64,000 nt of DNA from Eledone cirrhosa. Taxonomy: Eukaryota. Below the pieces are notes generated by a model. The model saw only the letters and a program-made list of their open reading frames with translations, was not told where the DNA came from and searched no databases. Location of the stretch: positions 291,710,001 to 291,774,000 of the forward strand of contig OZ024740.1 of assembly GCA_964016885.1 (NCBI GenBank), given 5' to 3'. A program made the position numbers and the translations under genes. Positions 1 to 9,971 of this stretch are shown here, in pieces; position 1 is the first letter of the stretch, and every line of letters starts with the position of its first letter.

Positions 1-235
1 AATCTTGATAAATGTTGTGCAGTGTACCAAGCATGAAATATTGACAATAATAATCATAAAATAATATTCTAGGGAAATTTGTTTTTTCTTACATATGAAA
101 TAAAATCCTCCCTGTAAATATATATATATATGTGTGTATATATGTATATATACACACACACACATATATATATGCATATATATATATGTGTGTGTGTATA
201 TATATATGTGTGTGTGTATGTATATATACTTATGT

Positions 236-481
236 CAAGAGATGTCAACATGAATGGACCTGTTATTTTTATCTAAAGACATTTTTTCCAATTCCAACCC
301 GCCCATCTCTTCAATCTATCTTATTTCTCATTCTTTCTTCTGATGAAGGACTAGCGTCCGAAACGTTAAGACCCTCTTCCTGCTATATCAAGTGTTAACC
401 TAATATATCCATTCCATATACTGTACCGATTGTGTTGTTATTTCTGTTTACCTTTTACGGACGCTTTAAGCATCCCACACC

Positions 482-485
<4 letters not shown>
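236..485 (+). mobile_element. Penelope-like pseudo-LTR fragment (family A), copy 1, with hammerhead
   Basis: Near-identical to 1290-1507 (inverted) and 61379-61586; sits between TA/TG-rich microsatellites; contains a hammerhead core. Confidence 0.75.
336..371 (+). ncRNA. Minimal type I hammerhead ribozyme motif
   Basis: TCTT-CTGATGA-A-GGAC-TAGC-GTCC-GAAA-CG-TT-AAGA: conserved CUGAUGA/GAAA core, 4-bp stem II, stem I UCUU/AAGA, palindromic ACGU stem III typical of PLE minimal hammerheads. Confidence 0.75.
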
Positions 486-522
<37 letters not shown>

Positions 523-810
523 TATATATATGTTGAGAGAGAGAGAGAGAGAGAGACACACTCACATACACACATGCATACAAATATATGTGTGTGGGAG
601 GAACAAGTGAAAAGAGAGAAAGTGGAATATATATAGTTAGATATATAATTGTAGGTATATTTTACTATAAAGAGAAACATGTATTCTATATAATTAATCC
701 ATTTCTATGCAGTTTGCTGCAAGTAATTAACTATAAAACTGAATAGGTATATGGGTTTTCCCCATATACTTACTTAGTATATGAATATAAAGACACAGCT
801 GTGTTGTCAA

Positions 811-967
811 GTAGGTGGTGAGAGCAGACCTCAGATTGCTGAAGCTCACGGTGGAGATGACGAAGGACCGTGACAAGTGGAGAGATGCTCTGCTGAATAG
901 GACCCGTTGCACCCTTGCAAGCAGGGAAAAGCGGACGTAAAATGATGATGATAATGATGATGATGAT
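811..967 (+). mobile_element. RTE LINE 3' end fragment
   Basis: Encodes VVRADLRLLKLTVEMTKDRDKWR, then CCCTTGCAAGCAGGGAAAAGCGGACGTAAAA and an (ATG)n tail; homologous copies at about 5500-5895 (+) and 11470-11636 (-). Confidence 0.8.
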
Positions 968-1029
968 ATATGTATATAATAGAAAAAAATGAGAAAGTTT
1001 CATTTACATATGAAAAATATTTATTGCAT

Positions 1030-1124
1030 ATCGACCTGTTACGCACGTTTCACAGAGGATTGGCTCAAGGTGACCCATAGGAGTTATGGACCCGACTCCA
1101 TTATCAATCTGCTCCTCAGACTGG

Positions 1125-1128
<4 letters not shown>
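1030..1128 (-). ncRNA. Type I hammerhead ribozyme motif (family B) followed by AATAAA
   Basis: Minus strand ACCAGT-CTGAGGA-GCAGA...TCTGT-GAAA-C-GTGC-GTA-ACAGGT: core intact, GUA cleavage triplet, AATAAA shortly downstream. Confidence 0.7.
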
Positions 1129-1195
<67 letters not shown>

Positions 1196-1216
1196 ATAAG
1201 AAATGTGAAGACTAAA

Positions 1217-1270
<54 letters not shown>

Positions 1271-1289
1271 TTATATGTATGTATGTAAC

Positions 1290-2022
1290 AGGAAACAGAA
1301 ATAACAACACAATCGGTACAGTATATGGAAGGGATATATTAGATTAACGCTTGATATAGCAGGAAGAGGGTCTTAACTTTTTGGACGCTAGTCCTTCATC
1401 AGAAGAAAGAATGAGAAATAAGATAGATTGAGAGGACGGGCGGGCTGGAATTGGAAAAAATGTCTTTAGATGAAAATAACAGGTTCATTCATGTTGACAT
1501 CTCTTGCAAAACTGTTGGTGCTGCCATTTTGTGTAGGATTTATTTTTTAGAAAAGTGAATGATGGAGCGCGTCTACCTGAAATGGAAAAAAAAACATTTT
1601 GGAAAAAGAGCTATACTTGTGCACATGCGTAAGCATGTGTGTGTGTGTGTTCTTATACGTCTGTACAAAGCTAAGGAGAAATGTGTGTGTATATGTGAGT
1701 AAAAGAGTGTGAGTACATGTAAGTACGAAGCTATGAACATAAGTATGTTAATATAGGGGTATGTATGTGTGTATACAGAGTAGTGAAGGGAAAAGTGGAG
1801 TGAGCATATATAGTCGGCCTGTATTAGTTGCAAGAGATGTTAATGATCAAGAGAAAGCAATAGGAATCTAGGGGTATGATAATGGACAGGGTATTAGAGA
1901 AATTGGGGAGGTGAGTTGAGTCCGAGAGCGGAATAGGACCCAAGGCGGTGAATCAGACTTTGTTCAGTCCTGGTGCGCGAAGCCTGTGATCCATGATGTA
2001 AAAGGACACCCAGGACTGAAAC
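1290..2022 (-). mobile_element. Penelope-like element 3' portion (ORF end, 3' UTR and pLTR family A)
   Basis: 1290-1507 is the inverted copy of 236-450 with GAAACG mutated. Minus strand near 1955-2000 reads IMDHRLRAPGLNKV*, resembling the PxGLN C-terminus of PLE GIY-YIG ORFs. Short foldback TTCAGTCCTGG/CCAGGACTGAA at the truncation point. Confidence 0.65.
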
Positions 2023-2499
2023 ATATATATATATATATATATGGGAAGACGATGGGATTGATCAGGGATTTCAAGACTAGAAACAGGTAGCGACATAACC
2101 ACTACCTGCTAGTCAATATATCAATCCTCCACAATCAATCAACCCTCTGTATTCAGTTTCACAGTTGCACCATGTTGGTCAAGGGTATTATAGCCTCAGT
2201 TTGACCAATGTTTTGTGAATGGAATTTGGTAGACCAAAACTGCAGAAGCCATATGTGAGTGTGTGTTTGTGGTTATGTGTGTTTGTGTGTGTATTTGTGG
2301 GTATGTGTGTTTCTGTGTGTGTCCCTGTATGTATGTGTGAGTGTGTGTGTGCGCGCTCATGTGCATGTGTGTGTGTTTATAGTTTACATTTCTGTCAGTG
2401 TTTGCATGAATGCATGGTCCCATAATTCCTGAGGACATTCCTAACATAGGGGCTGACCTGGATTTCAATGTCTGGTATCTTGATGAAACTTGTTTGAAA

Positions 2500-3890
2500 G
2501 GACCCGCAGATAAAATCCTTGTAGTGTGAAGAGGATGATTGAGCTACGCAATCATAGGGGCCATCATGTCAGAGGTTCTAAATATGAAGTCTGGATATTC
2601 AACCATCCAGCTTTACAACATCAGTAGCCTATAGACCTATTACTGAATCCTTCCCCTCTATCGTGACCCTTCCTCAATGGTATGATGATCCCTAGGAACC
2701 CCAATTACTGGCCTAACTTTTGAGCCCACCTTTTTATCAAAGATGGCAAACCTCGAGCAATAACTCAAAAACATTGTAGCAGTTGAGCCCCATCAAGGTT
2801 TTTTTTATCCTTAGGAATTACCTATTGATTCTGAAGTTATTGTATATACTCAGTGTCAGTCCCTCATGTAGATTCTTGTCATCTCTTCAACATTTTGACA
2901 ACCTAATCTTTGGCAAACTTGAATGCTTGGCTAATATCAGACTCTTTCCAGAGTCCTGTGACTAAGTTACATTGCCCAAACGATTTGTGGGCTCATCACT
3001 TACTCTTACCTGCTTTCTTTCCTCCATCCATACTTACTTCCCTTTGGAAGGTAACATCCTCTTCTTTCCAACATGTACTAGTTCCCACAGGGAGATGGAT
3101 GAAGCTCTACTACAGAGGAGGATTGACTGAAACAGAGTCTGGGACAATTTACATTTGAGAGACACTTTCAACTCTCTCTTTGACTAATCTGATCAATTCT
3201 CAAGATGCCGTCTACTTTCCATGAGTGTAAAATTCTAGGGGGCTTTGATTGATGCCCTGCCTGTGGCCAATATTGATGACCACCATAATCTAGATGAATT
3301 TTGCATCTATATTACACTCAGAGTGGGAGCTGATGTCTGTGGAGAGTGAGATGTTGCTGTGATAGGCCGCTTGACTCCACAGATCATCATGGATTGTCTT
3401 GCTGCTTGAATGAAGGTCACTTCACTAACCATACTTAGCTAAACCTAATCATCAATTAAACTCTGGCTCAAGCAAATATCCCCTCAATTCTGAAGCTAGC
3501 TGAATTGTCCAGGGTTGATGAGAAGAAGCCAGGATGGTGTAACCCTTTGCCCCTGAATAAGATGTCTCATTAGGAATGCCACATCCTGGATGCTGTGATA
3601 AAAATGAGGTTCACAGCTTCTGTAGGTGAATGGAATAAAATTCTAAAATACCAGGAATTATCAGCATGCCTGTGGCATTCGAGACATTTGGAGGAGCTGA
3701 ACCACTGACAATGAAGTTCTTGTCATCATTGGTGGCTCACCTTACCGAGGTGTCAGGTGATACACAAGAAGGCACTTAATTATTCCAGATGCCTTGGTCG
3801 CAATATGATCCACGGTAATGCTGCAAGTGTGTTGGCTTGCCTCAAAAATTATTTGTAGGTGGCACTAGCGCACCTTATTTGTGTGATTGA
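2500..3890 (+). mobile_element. Decayed CRE-like non-LTR retrotransposon (restriction-like endonuclease end)
   Basis: Broken frames give DHHGLSC...LAQANIPSIL...SRVDEKKP, then KILKYQELS...PVAFETFG...LTEVSGD...HGNAASVLAC, matching the CRE-clade RLE C-terminal motif series; left boundary approximate. Confidence 0.7.
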
Positions 3891-3923
3891 CTAAATAAAT
3901 ATATATGATATACATATATCATG

Positions 3924-3967
<44 letters not shown>

Positions 3968-3970
<3 letters not shown>

Positions 3971-4418
3971 TCATCATCATCATCACCGTTTTACGTCCGT
4001 TCTTCCATGCTAGCATGGGTTAGATGGGTTGTCCTGTTGTGGGCAGTGTCCGGTCGGCTGACCTTGTCTTGCTCATACGGGAACTGATTCTGGCTTGATT
4101 TCTACAGCTGGATGCCCTTCCTAACACCAACCTCATTTGCAGTGAGTGCTGGGTGCTTTTTTCCGTGGTGCCTACATGTCCACTTTACAGTGTGGGTCGG
4201 GTGCTTTTTTGCCGTGGCACCTCCACGACCACTTTGCAGTGGGAGGGTGTGGGGGCATATTGTCTATATGCTTCAGCTTCAGCTTGTACCCGTGGGGGGT
4301 TGGGTCTTCTGTATTACTGCATGACGCCAGAGGTCACGGTCGTGTGTCATCGCCTTTGAGAGGTGTAATTGGGTAAGGTCAGCTTTTATCACCTCATCCC
4401 AGGTCTTCTTGGGTCTCA
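3968..4418 (-). mobile_element. RTE LINE 3' end plus 3' UTR (5'-truncated)
   Basis: Near-identical to 9972-10420; (CAT)n tail at left; AGGAAGGGCATCCAGCTGTAGAA motif on minus strand. Confidence 0.85.
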
Positions 4419-5499
4419 CACATATATATATGCATGTATATTTCTATTTGTATGTGCATGCATGTCTTCTATACACTCTCCTATTTGCTAATAATTTTTT
4501 TGCCATCATTTATAATTTGTTTTATTCTTTTTACATTTTCTGTCCACATTTTTCTTGTTTGGCGCGAATTTTTCACATTATTTTGCCTGAATTTGAGAGA
4601 GCAATTGTCTCTTCTCCCCTGGCCTTCTTCTCTGGCTTGTATGCCTCTGTAAATCAACACATACAACATACAATATATGTAGTCATGAGCAATTCTGAAA
4701 TCTTACAGATTCTATGACACAGTGACTGGAATAACTTCATAATGTTGTGTATCTGGACATACAACTAAGCATAGTTAGGTTTCTACTGTCACCACATACG
4801 TGTGCAAAAGCTGTCACCACAGACAGGTTGTAATACAAGTCAAGAGATAGTTCTAATAATTATATGAATGGATATTGAACCTAATTTAATTTACACATGT
4901 ATGGATTAGCTATTGTCATAAATAACTGTTGAAATGACAGTAGATTTTAGATCTTTTGTTTTTCAATGTTTTTATGTCTTCTGTAGCATTAAGGATTGTT
5001 ATTCTTGTCACACCCACACAGAAATACTACTACATTATTAACATACAGCTTCTGCTTGTATATTTACATATAATGTTTTTGTAATAACACCAACAGTTTT
5101 TTGACAGACCCGGCTGCATTTACTGTATATACTCCTGACATTTTTAATCAACTGCTGAAAATCTCCAGACTATATGAATGTGTACATACATAAATACATG
5201 CATGTATGTATACATGTATGTATGTATGTATGTGTGTGTGAATTTATATATGTATGTATGAATTTATGAATGTATTTATGCATGTACGTGTGTGTGTATG
5301 TAAGTATGTATGTATGTGTGAATCTATATATGTATTAATGTTTGTATGTATGTTAATATGTGTGTGTGTACAATCATCAACATTTTATGCCCATTTTCCA
5401 AGATGTTCATCATGGTCAGAGAACCATGCCTTGCTCATGTATTCTAATTTTTGGCATAGTTTCTACAGCTAGATAACCTTCTTACTGTGACTGCAGAGG

Positions 5500-5895
5500 A
5501 CATGTAGACTGGAGAGAAATCAAGCAACCATGCTTTGTTAGATGTGCAATGTAAGTGTGAGAGAAAGGCAGTACTTGGATGAACTGAGGGAGAAGCTGGG
5601 TTTGAAAGGAATCCGAGGTGGTGTGTAGGAGAGAAGACTGCATTGATTTGGAAATGTGATACGCATGGACAATGATTATTGGATGAAGAAGTGCTTGGAA
5701 ATGCCAGTGGAAAGAAACTGTAGTGGAGGGGGACCAAGAAAGACCTGAGCAGATGTTGTGAGAGCTGATCTCAAATCACTGAGAGTCACGGAAGAGATGA
5801 GAAAGGATTGCCGTACTGACAAGGGCCTGTCCAACTCTTGCAAGCATGGAAAAATGGATGTAAAAGCGTCGATGATAATGATGATGATGATGATA
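5500..5895 (+). mobile_element. RTE LINE 3' fragment
   Basis: ELREKLGLKGIRGGV...GNVIRMD-like residues, then (ATG)n tail. Confidence 0.75.
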
Positions 5896-6575
5896 TATAT
5901 ATAAATATATATCATCATGATGATGAAGGAAGGGCATCCAACCAGTGTATCAATGCCAAAACGCTTATCAGCACAGCAACAAATAGGAACAACAACAAAA
6001 TATGAACACGTCGCATCTCAGAGTTGCAACACTTAATGTTGGGCGTATGTATGTGTGCGCGCGTATGTATGTATATATGTGTATGTTTGAGTAGGCTATG
6101 CTTATCCCAACTGATACGGTGCGCGAAGTAAGCAGCCGTCATAAGGCTTGTGGCGATATGGATCCACAAGTGGGTGTGACTGGGTCCGTGGAAGTGAGGG
6201 AGAGAGGGTGTGTGTATATATACTTTTATGTATGTTGTGGGGGTGGGGGTGTCTGCACACGTAGGTGTACGTGTGTGTATGCATAATTAGGTATGTGTCT
6301 GCATGTGTGTGTTTATGTGTGTATTTTAGTATGTGTGGGTGCTTACTCTGAAGTGTGAGCAGACGTGTGAAGTACTGAACCCAGCATGACTCCATCGAAA
6401 TGTGTCGGACGGAAAATGGTTGATGAACCGTGTGGCAGCAGATACTGACGAGAACTTGTGATGACGTGGAGTAAAAACAGCCAATGGCATGACAAGAGTG
6501 GAAGTAGGGCTTTTTGAGGGTGTTTTTTTTTTCATGATAAGACACCAGTGATAAAATTTGCTCCAGACGAAAACT

Positions 6576-6666
6576 CGTGTCTGAAAGAACCCGCAGAAGT
6601 AGAATCAGCCAGATCCATACAAGGACCATGTCTCGAGCTACCTGCCGGTGAAACATTTGTAACACG
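6576..6666 (+). ncRNA. Type I hammerhead motif (family C) with long stem II and a 1-nt core insertion
   Basis: CGTGT-CTGAAAGA-ACCCGCAGAAGTAG...CTACCTGCCGGT-GAAA-C-ATTT-GTA-ACACG, then AATAAA at 6668-6673. Confidence 0.65.
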
Positions 6667-6708
6667 CAATAAAATAAGTCCAGATGCATCACTGATTTTT
6701 CGTTTTCT

Positions 6709-6781
<73 letters not shown>

Positions 6782-6910
6782 TCATATATAAGAAAATGAG
6801 TTTTTTTTTTAAATGAACAAAAGTGAGATGTCCTACACGAGTGAGAGTATAAGGAAAAAAAATGAAATCGAAAATGCAGCTGGAGTCTTTTTAAGAATAT
6901 TTATTTGTTT

Positions 6911-6947
6911 CCTTTACCGGTTTCACAGTTCTTATGCTTTTCAAAAG
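6911..6947 (-). ncRNA. Degenerate hammerhead motif (family D)
   Basis: Minus strand CTTT-TGAAAA-GCA-TAAGAAC-TGT-GAAACCGGTA-AAGG, then AATAAA; palindromic ACCGGT stem III, core mutated. Confidence 0.45.
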
Positions 6948-7045
6948 TAGAATTGAGATGGAGGCTTTGTGGTTTGTCTCGCATATATATATATATATAT
7001 GTAGAGAGAGAAAGAGTGAGAGAGAGAGAAAATCCCAATTGTGGT

Positions 7046-7102
7046 GTCAAGTAGTTTCAGCTTGTGACGCAAGTCAAAACCGCTTGGCGCTGTAGTCAGG
7101 AC
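7046..7102 (-). ncRNA. Degenerate hammerhead motif (family E)
   Basis: Minus strand GTC-CTGACTA-CAGC...GCT-GAAACTACTT-GAC; stems I and II present, G8 and stem III mutated. Confidence 0.4.
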
Positions 7103-7359
7103 TTTACATATCTCTATATCCATCTCTATACTGCATCTCCTCATGCATTGATTACTCCCATGATTAGAGGTGGCCCCAGTCTCAAAACCACAGATTCTCT
7201 CTCTCCTTACACACACACACATATATATATATTTACTTTTGCTAAATATATAATGTTATACTTTGGCAAGGTCATGCTGCCAATAAAAACACATGGACTA
7301 GTTGAGTTCTTAATCACTATGTTGTAAGGTTGTTCTTATTCCATTTGTGCTTTCTATTT

Positions 7360-8350
7360 AATTTTGATCAATGCTAGGAAAGAAGCTAGGCAACAAGTAT
7401 ACCTTGCAAGAAGGGAAGCAGAAAATAAAAAATTTAAACATGTTTTGCTGCGTGAAGACCAAAGGTGTTCAGGATTGCAAGGCAGTGTGTCAGAGAAAAT
7501 TGTGATTTTGATCGGGAGAAATGTGTTTGAGATAATAATGACAAACTTGCCCTCACTGATGCTGAAAAGAAGGTAGCATAGAAGCACCACTATGAAAGAC
7601 TACTGAATGAGGAGAATGTATGGAAAGAAAATAGTTTGCCCCAAGTTGACCCAACAGAGGGACCAGCTGGACCTTCAGGGATGGTTGCCAAGATGTTGAA
7701 AGCATCAGGAATGGTGAGTTAAAACATAGTCACCAGTATTGTAAACCAAGTTATACAACAGAGTGAGAATGGATTGGAGAAAGTTCAGGGAGCTACTACT
7801 ACTGCTAACTACAAAAGGTTTTTTTTTCCTTGAAATGAAGGGCAGATTGTATGATGTGTGTGTGGGTGTGTGTGTGACAGCTCACACCTATGCAGGTTTA
7901 GCTGGCCTCCTCCAAGGTATATCTCGTTGGGGGTGTCTTGGGTGATTTAATGATAGAGACCCCAGTCCTGTCATCTCATTTCTACAGCTGAGTAAACTGG
8001 AGCAACGTGAAATAAAGTGTCTTGCTCAAGGAAACAACACATCACCCGGCCCGAGAATTGAACTCACAACCTTTCGATTGCAAGCCCAATGCTCTAACCA
8101 CTAAGCCATGCTCCTTCATGCACCTTGTGTGTATATGAATGGCAATGCTGCATGGTAGTGAGACCTGGGTGCTGTGTGCAGAGGACCTACAAAGATTGAA
8201 AAGATATGAAGCCTGCATGCTCTAATGGATGTTTAATAGTAATGTGCTTGAACGGCAAAGTATAAATGAACTGAAAGAGAAACTGGGCATAAGAAGGATC
8301 AGATGCAGTGTGCAGGAGAGGAGAATGTGTTTTATGGACATGTGATGCAT
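7360..8350 (+). mobile_element. Internally deleted RTE LINE remnant interrupted by a SINE
   Basis: KEARQQVYLARREAENKKF..REDQR, WRKFRELLLLLT and LHGSETW match the RTE at 61608-64000. Confidence 0.8.
7950..8116 (-). mobile_element. tRNA-derived SINE (family B)
   Basis: Minus strand TGGCTTAGTGG (A box) and GAGTTCAATTCT (B box), then CCTTGAGCAAGACACTT; copy at 19376-19543. Confidence 0.8.
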
Positions 8351-8361
8351 TTTCTAATTCC

Positions 8362-8683
8362 CCAACCCACACTGTAAAGTGATCATGTAGGTGTCACAAC
8401 AAAAAGTGCCCAGCTCACACTGTAAAGCTGCTGTGTACGTGTCACGACAAAATGGACCCAGTCCACATGATAAAGTGGTCGTGTAGATGTCACGATAAAA
8501 AGCACCCAATACATACTGTAAATGTGGTTGGTGTTAGGAAGGGTATCCAGCCATAGAAACCAAGCCAGAAACAATTCTGTATGAGCAAGACATGGTCACC
8601 TGATCAGACTTACCCCAAATGGGACAACTCGTCTGACCCATGCTAGTATGGAAAATGGACGTTTAATGGTGATAATGATGATG
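8362..8683 (+). mobile_element. SINE body / RTE-type 3' tail with internal tandem subrepeats
   Basis: Repeated CACTGTAAAG...CCCA units, AGGAAGGGTATCCAGC, CCCATGCTAGTATGGAAAATGGACG and (ATG)n tail. Confidence 0.75.
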
Positions 8684-8686
8684 CTT

Positions 8687-9960
8687 CTGTAATCTGTTCT
8701 ATGTGTAGATATAATTTTTATTTCGACGTTCTCTAGTGAGCTCCCATGTTCCATTCTGGCATGTTAGTAAAGTACTGATGAGTTTTTCTCGACTTGGAGT
8801 TCTCACCAGTGTTCTGTCATCCTTTTCTCCTAAGCTACAAGCTGTCTCACCTATGTATGTTGTATTCTGTCCCTCCATCCATCTTATGCTATGTACTAAG
8901 TTCCTAGTTTTACAGTCAATCAGTGGGCTTAATCTATCAGTGTAGGGGGTTTTCTTAAAAGGGTATGTTCTGCTAATCAGGGTTTTATGGGACTAACTGG
9001 TTTTTTTACACTTTTTATATTTAATTTTAATTTTTCTAAAAGCCTTCTAAATTTGTATGCTAGTTCACCTCTGGGGGTAGCATTGATGAACATTACATGT
9101 ATTTGTTGCTGTCATACCACGAGTTGATGTTATTTGTCTTAGTTCTCTCTATTCTATTCCAAAATTTTCTCCTATACATGGGGGCAAGTCCCATTTACAT
9201 CATTTTATATGATATTCATCCATTTAGCTCTGGCTCCTTTGTATGCCCTGATCCTGTCTCTTTTATTGTAGCTGGAGAACTGCATGTGGTGGATAAAGTG
9301 TTGTATGTGTCTCTCTACTTCTTTAGGATTGCACATGTGGAACACATTCTTCATCACTCTTACTAAGTCCGCAATCAGTATGTTGACTTTCCCCCTTTCA
9401 TGTTATCCAAAATGGCTGAGTTTCAGTAGATTAGGTACTTGGAGTTCATGGGTTTGGCATAATGTGAGTGGAGGATCTGTGTTTCAATACTAATAATTTC
9501 TGACCAGAGTTCTGTGTCTAGTACAAGAAGTCTATGGTTGGGGTGTTTAGTTGGGTAGTCTATGGTAACTTATACTCTGGTAGTTATAGTTTGCTATTTG
9601 CTGGATGCTTTCCATAGTGTTCATTTCTAATTCCTGACTGTTCTGTTGTGGGGATGTTTTAAATATTATATTGATGTCGTCTATGTAGTGGGCTCAATAG
9701 GGAACATCAAAATAAAAATATCTACACACTGAACAGATGCAATGCTCTGACAGATTACAAAGCTACAAATATAAACGATCTTCAACCAAAATTAAATAGA
9801 AAGCACAAATGGAATAATAACGACCTCACAACATAGAAATGTGTATGACAGTAAAATAATCCACTTTTATTTTGTTACCGAGATTATCTCCATTGAAACA
9901 TTTGTAGAGATTAAAGATGAAATTTGATTTACAACCTCGGTTTCTCATTTTATATTAACT
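8687..9960 (-). mobile_element. Penelope-like retroelement remnant (RT C-terminal region and GIY-YIG endonuclease) with an inverted duplicated 3' end
   Basis: Minus frames read GTCPMYRRKFW, VMFINATPRGEL and CKTRNLVHSI...YIGET. 9690-9738 is the reverse complement of 8692-8742 and continues on plus as ...PKLNRKHKW and a pLTR. Confidence 0.8.
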
Positions 9961-9971
9961 ATATATATATA

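Noticed and set aside
4709-5175. Possible plus-strand exons (FYDTVTG...VSGH, weakly WD40-like; DPAAFTVY...)
   Set aside because: AG/GT-like borders, but in-frame stops and no recognisable homology; needs blastx or RNA-seq
7950-8116. tRNA genes
   Set aside because: A/B boxes belong to SINE heads; no complete cloverleaf
8776-8800. Other CTGANGA hits (6446, 8776, 18845, 53821, 62038)
   Set aside because: No stem II plus GAAA and no stem I/III pairing
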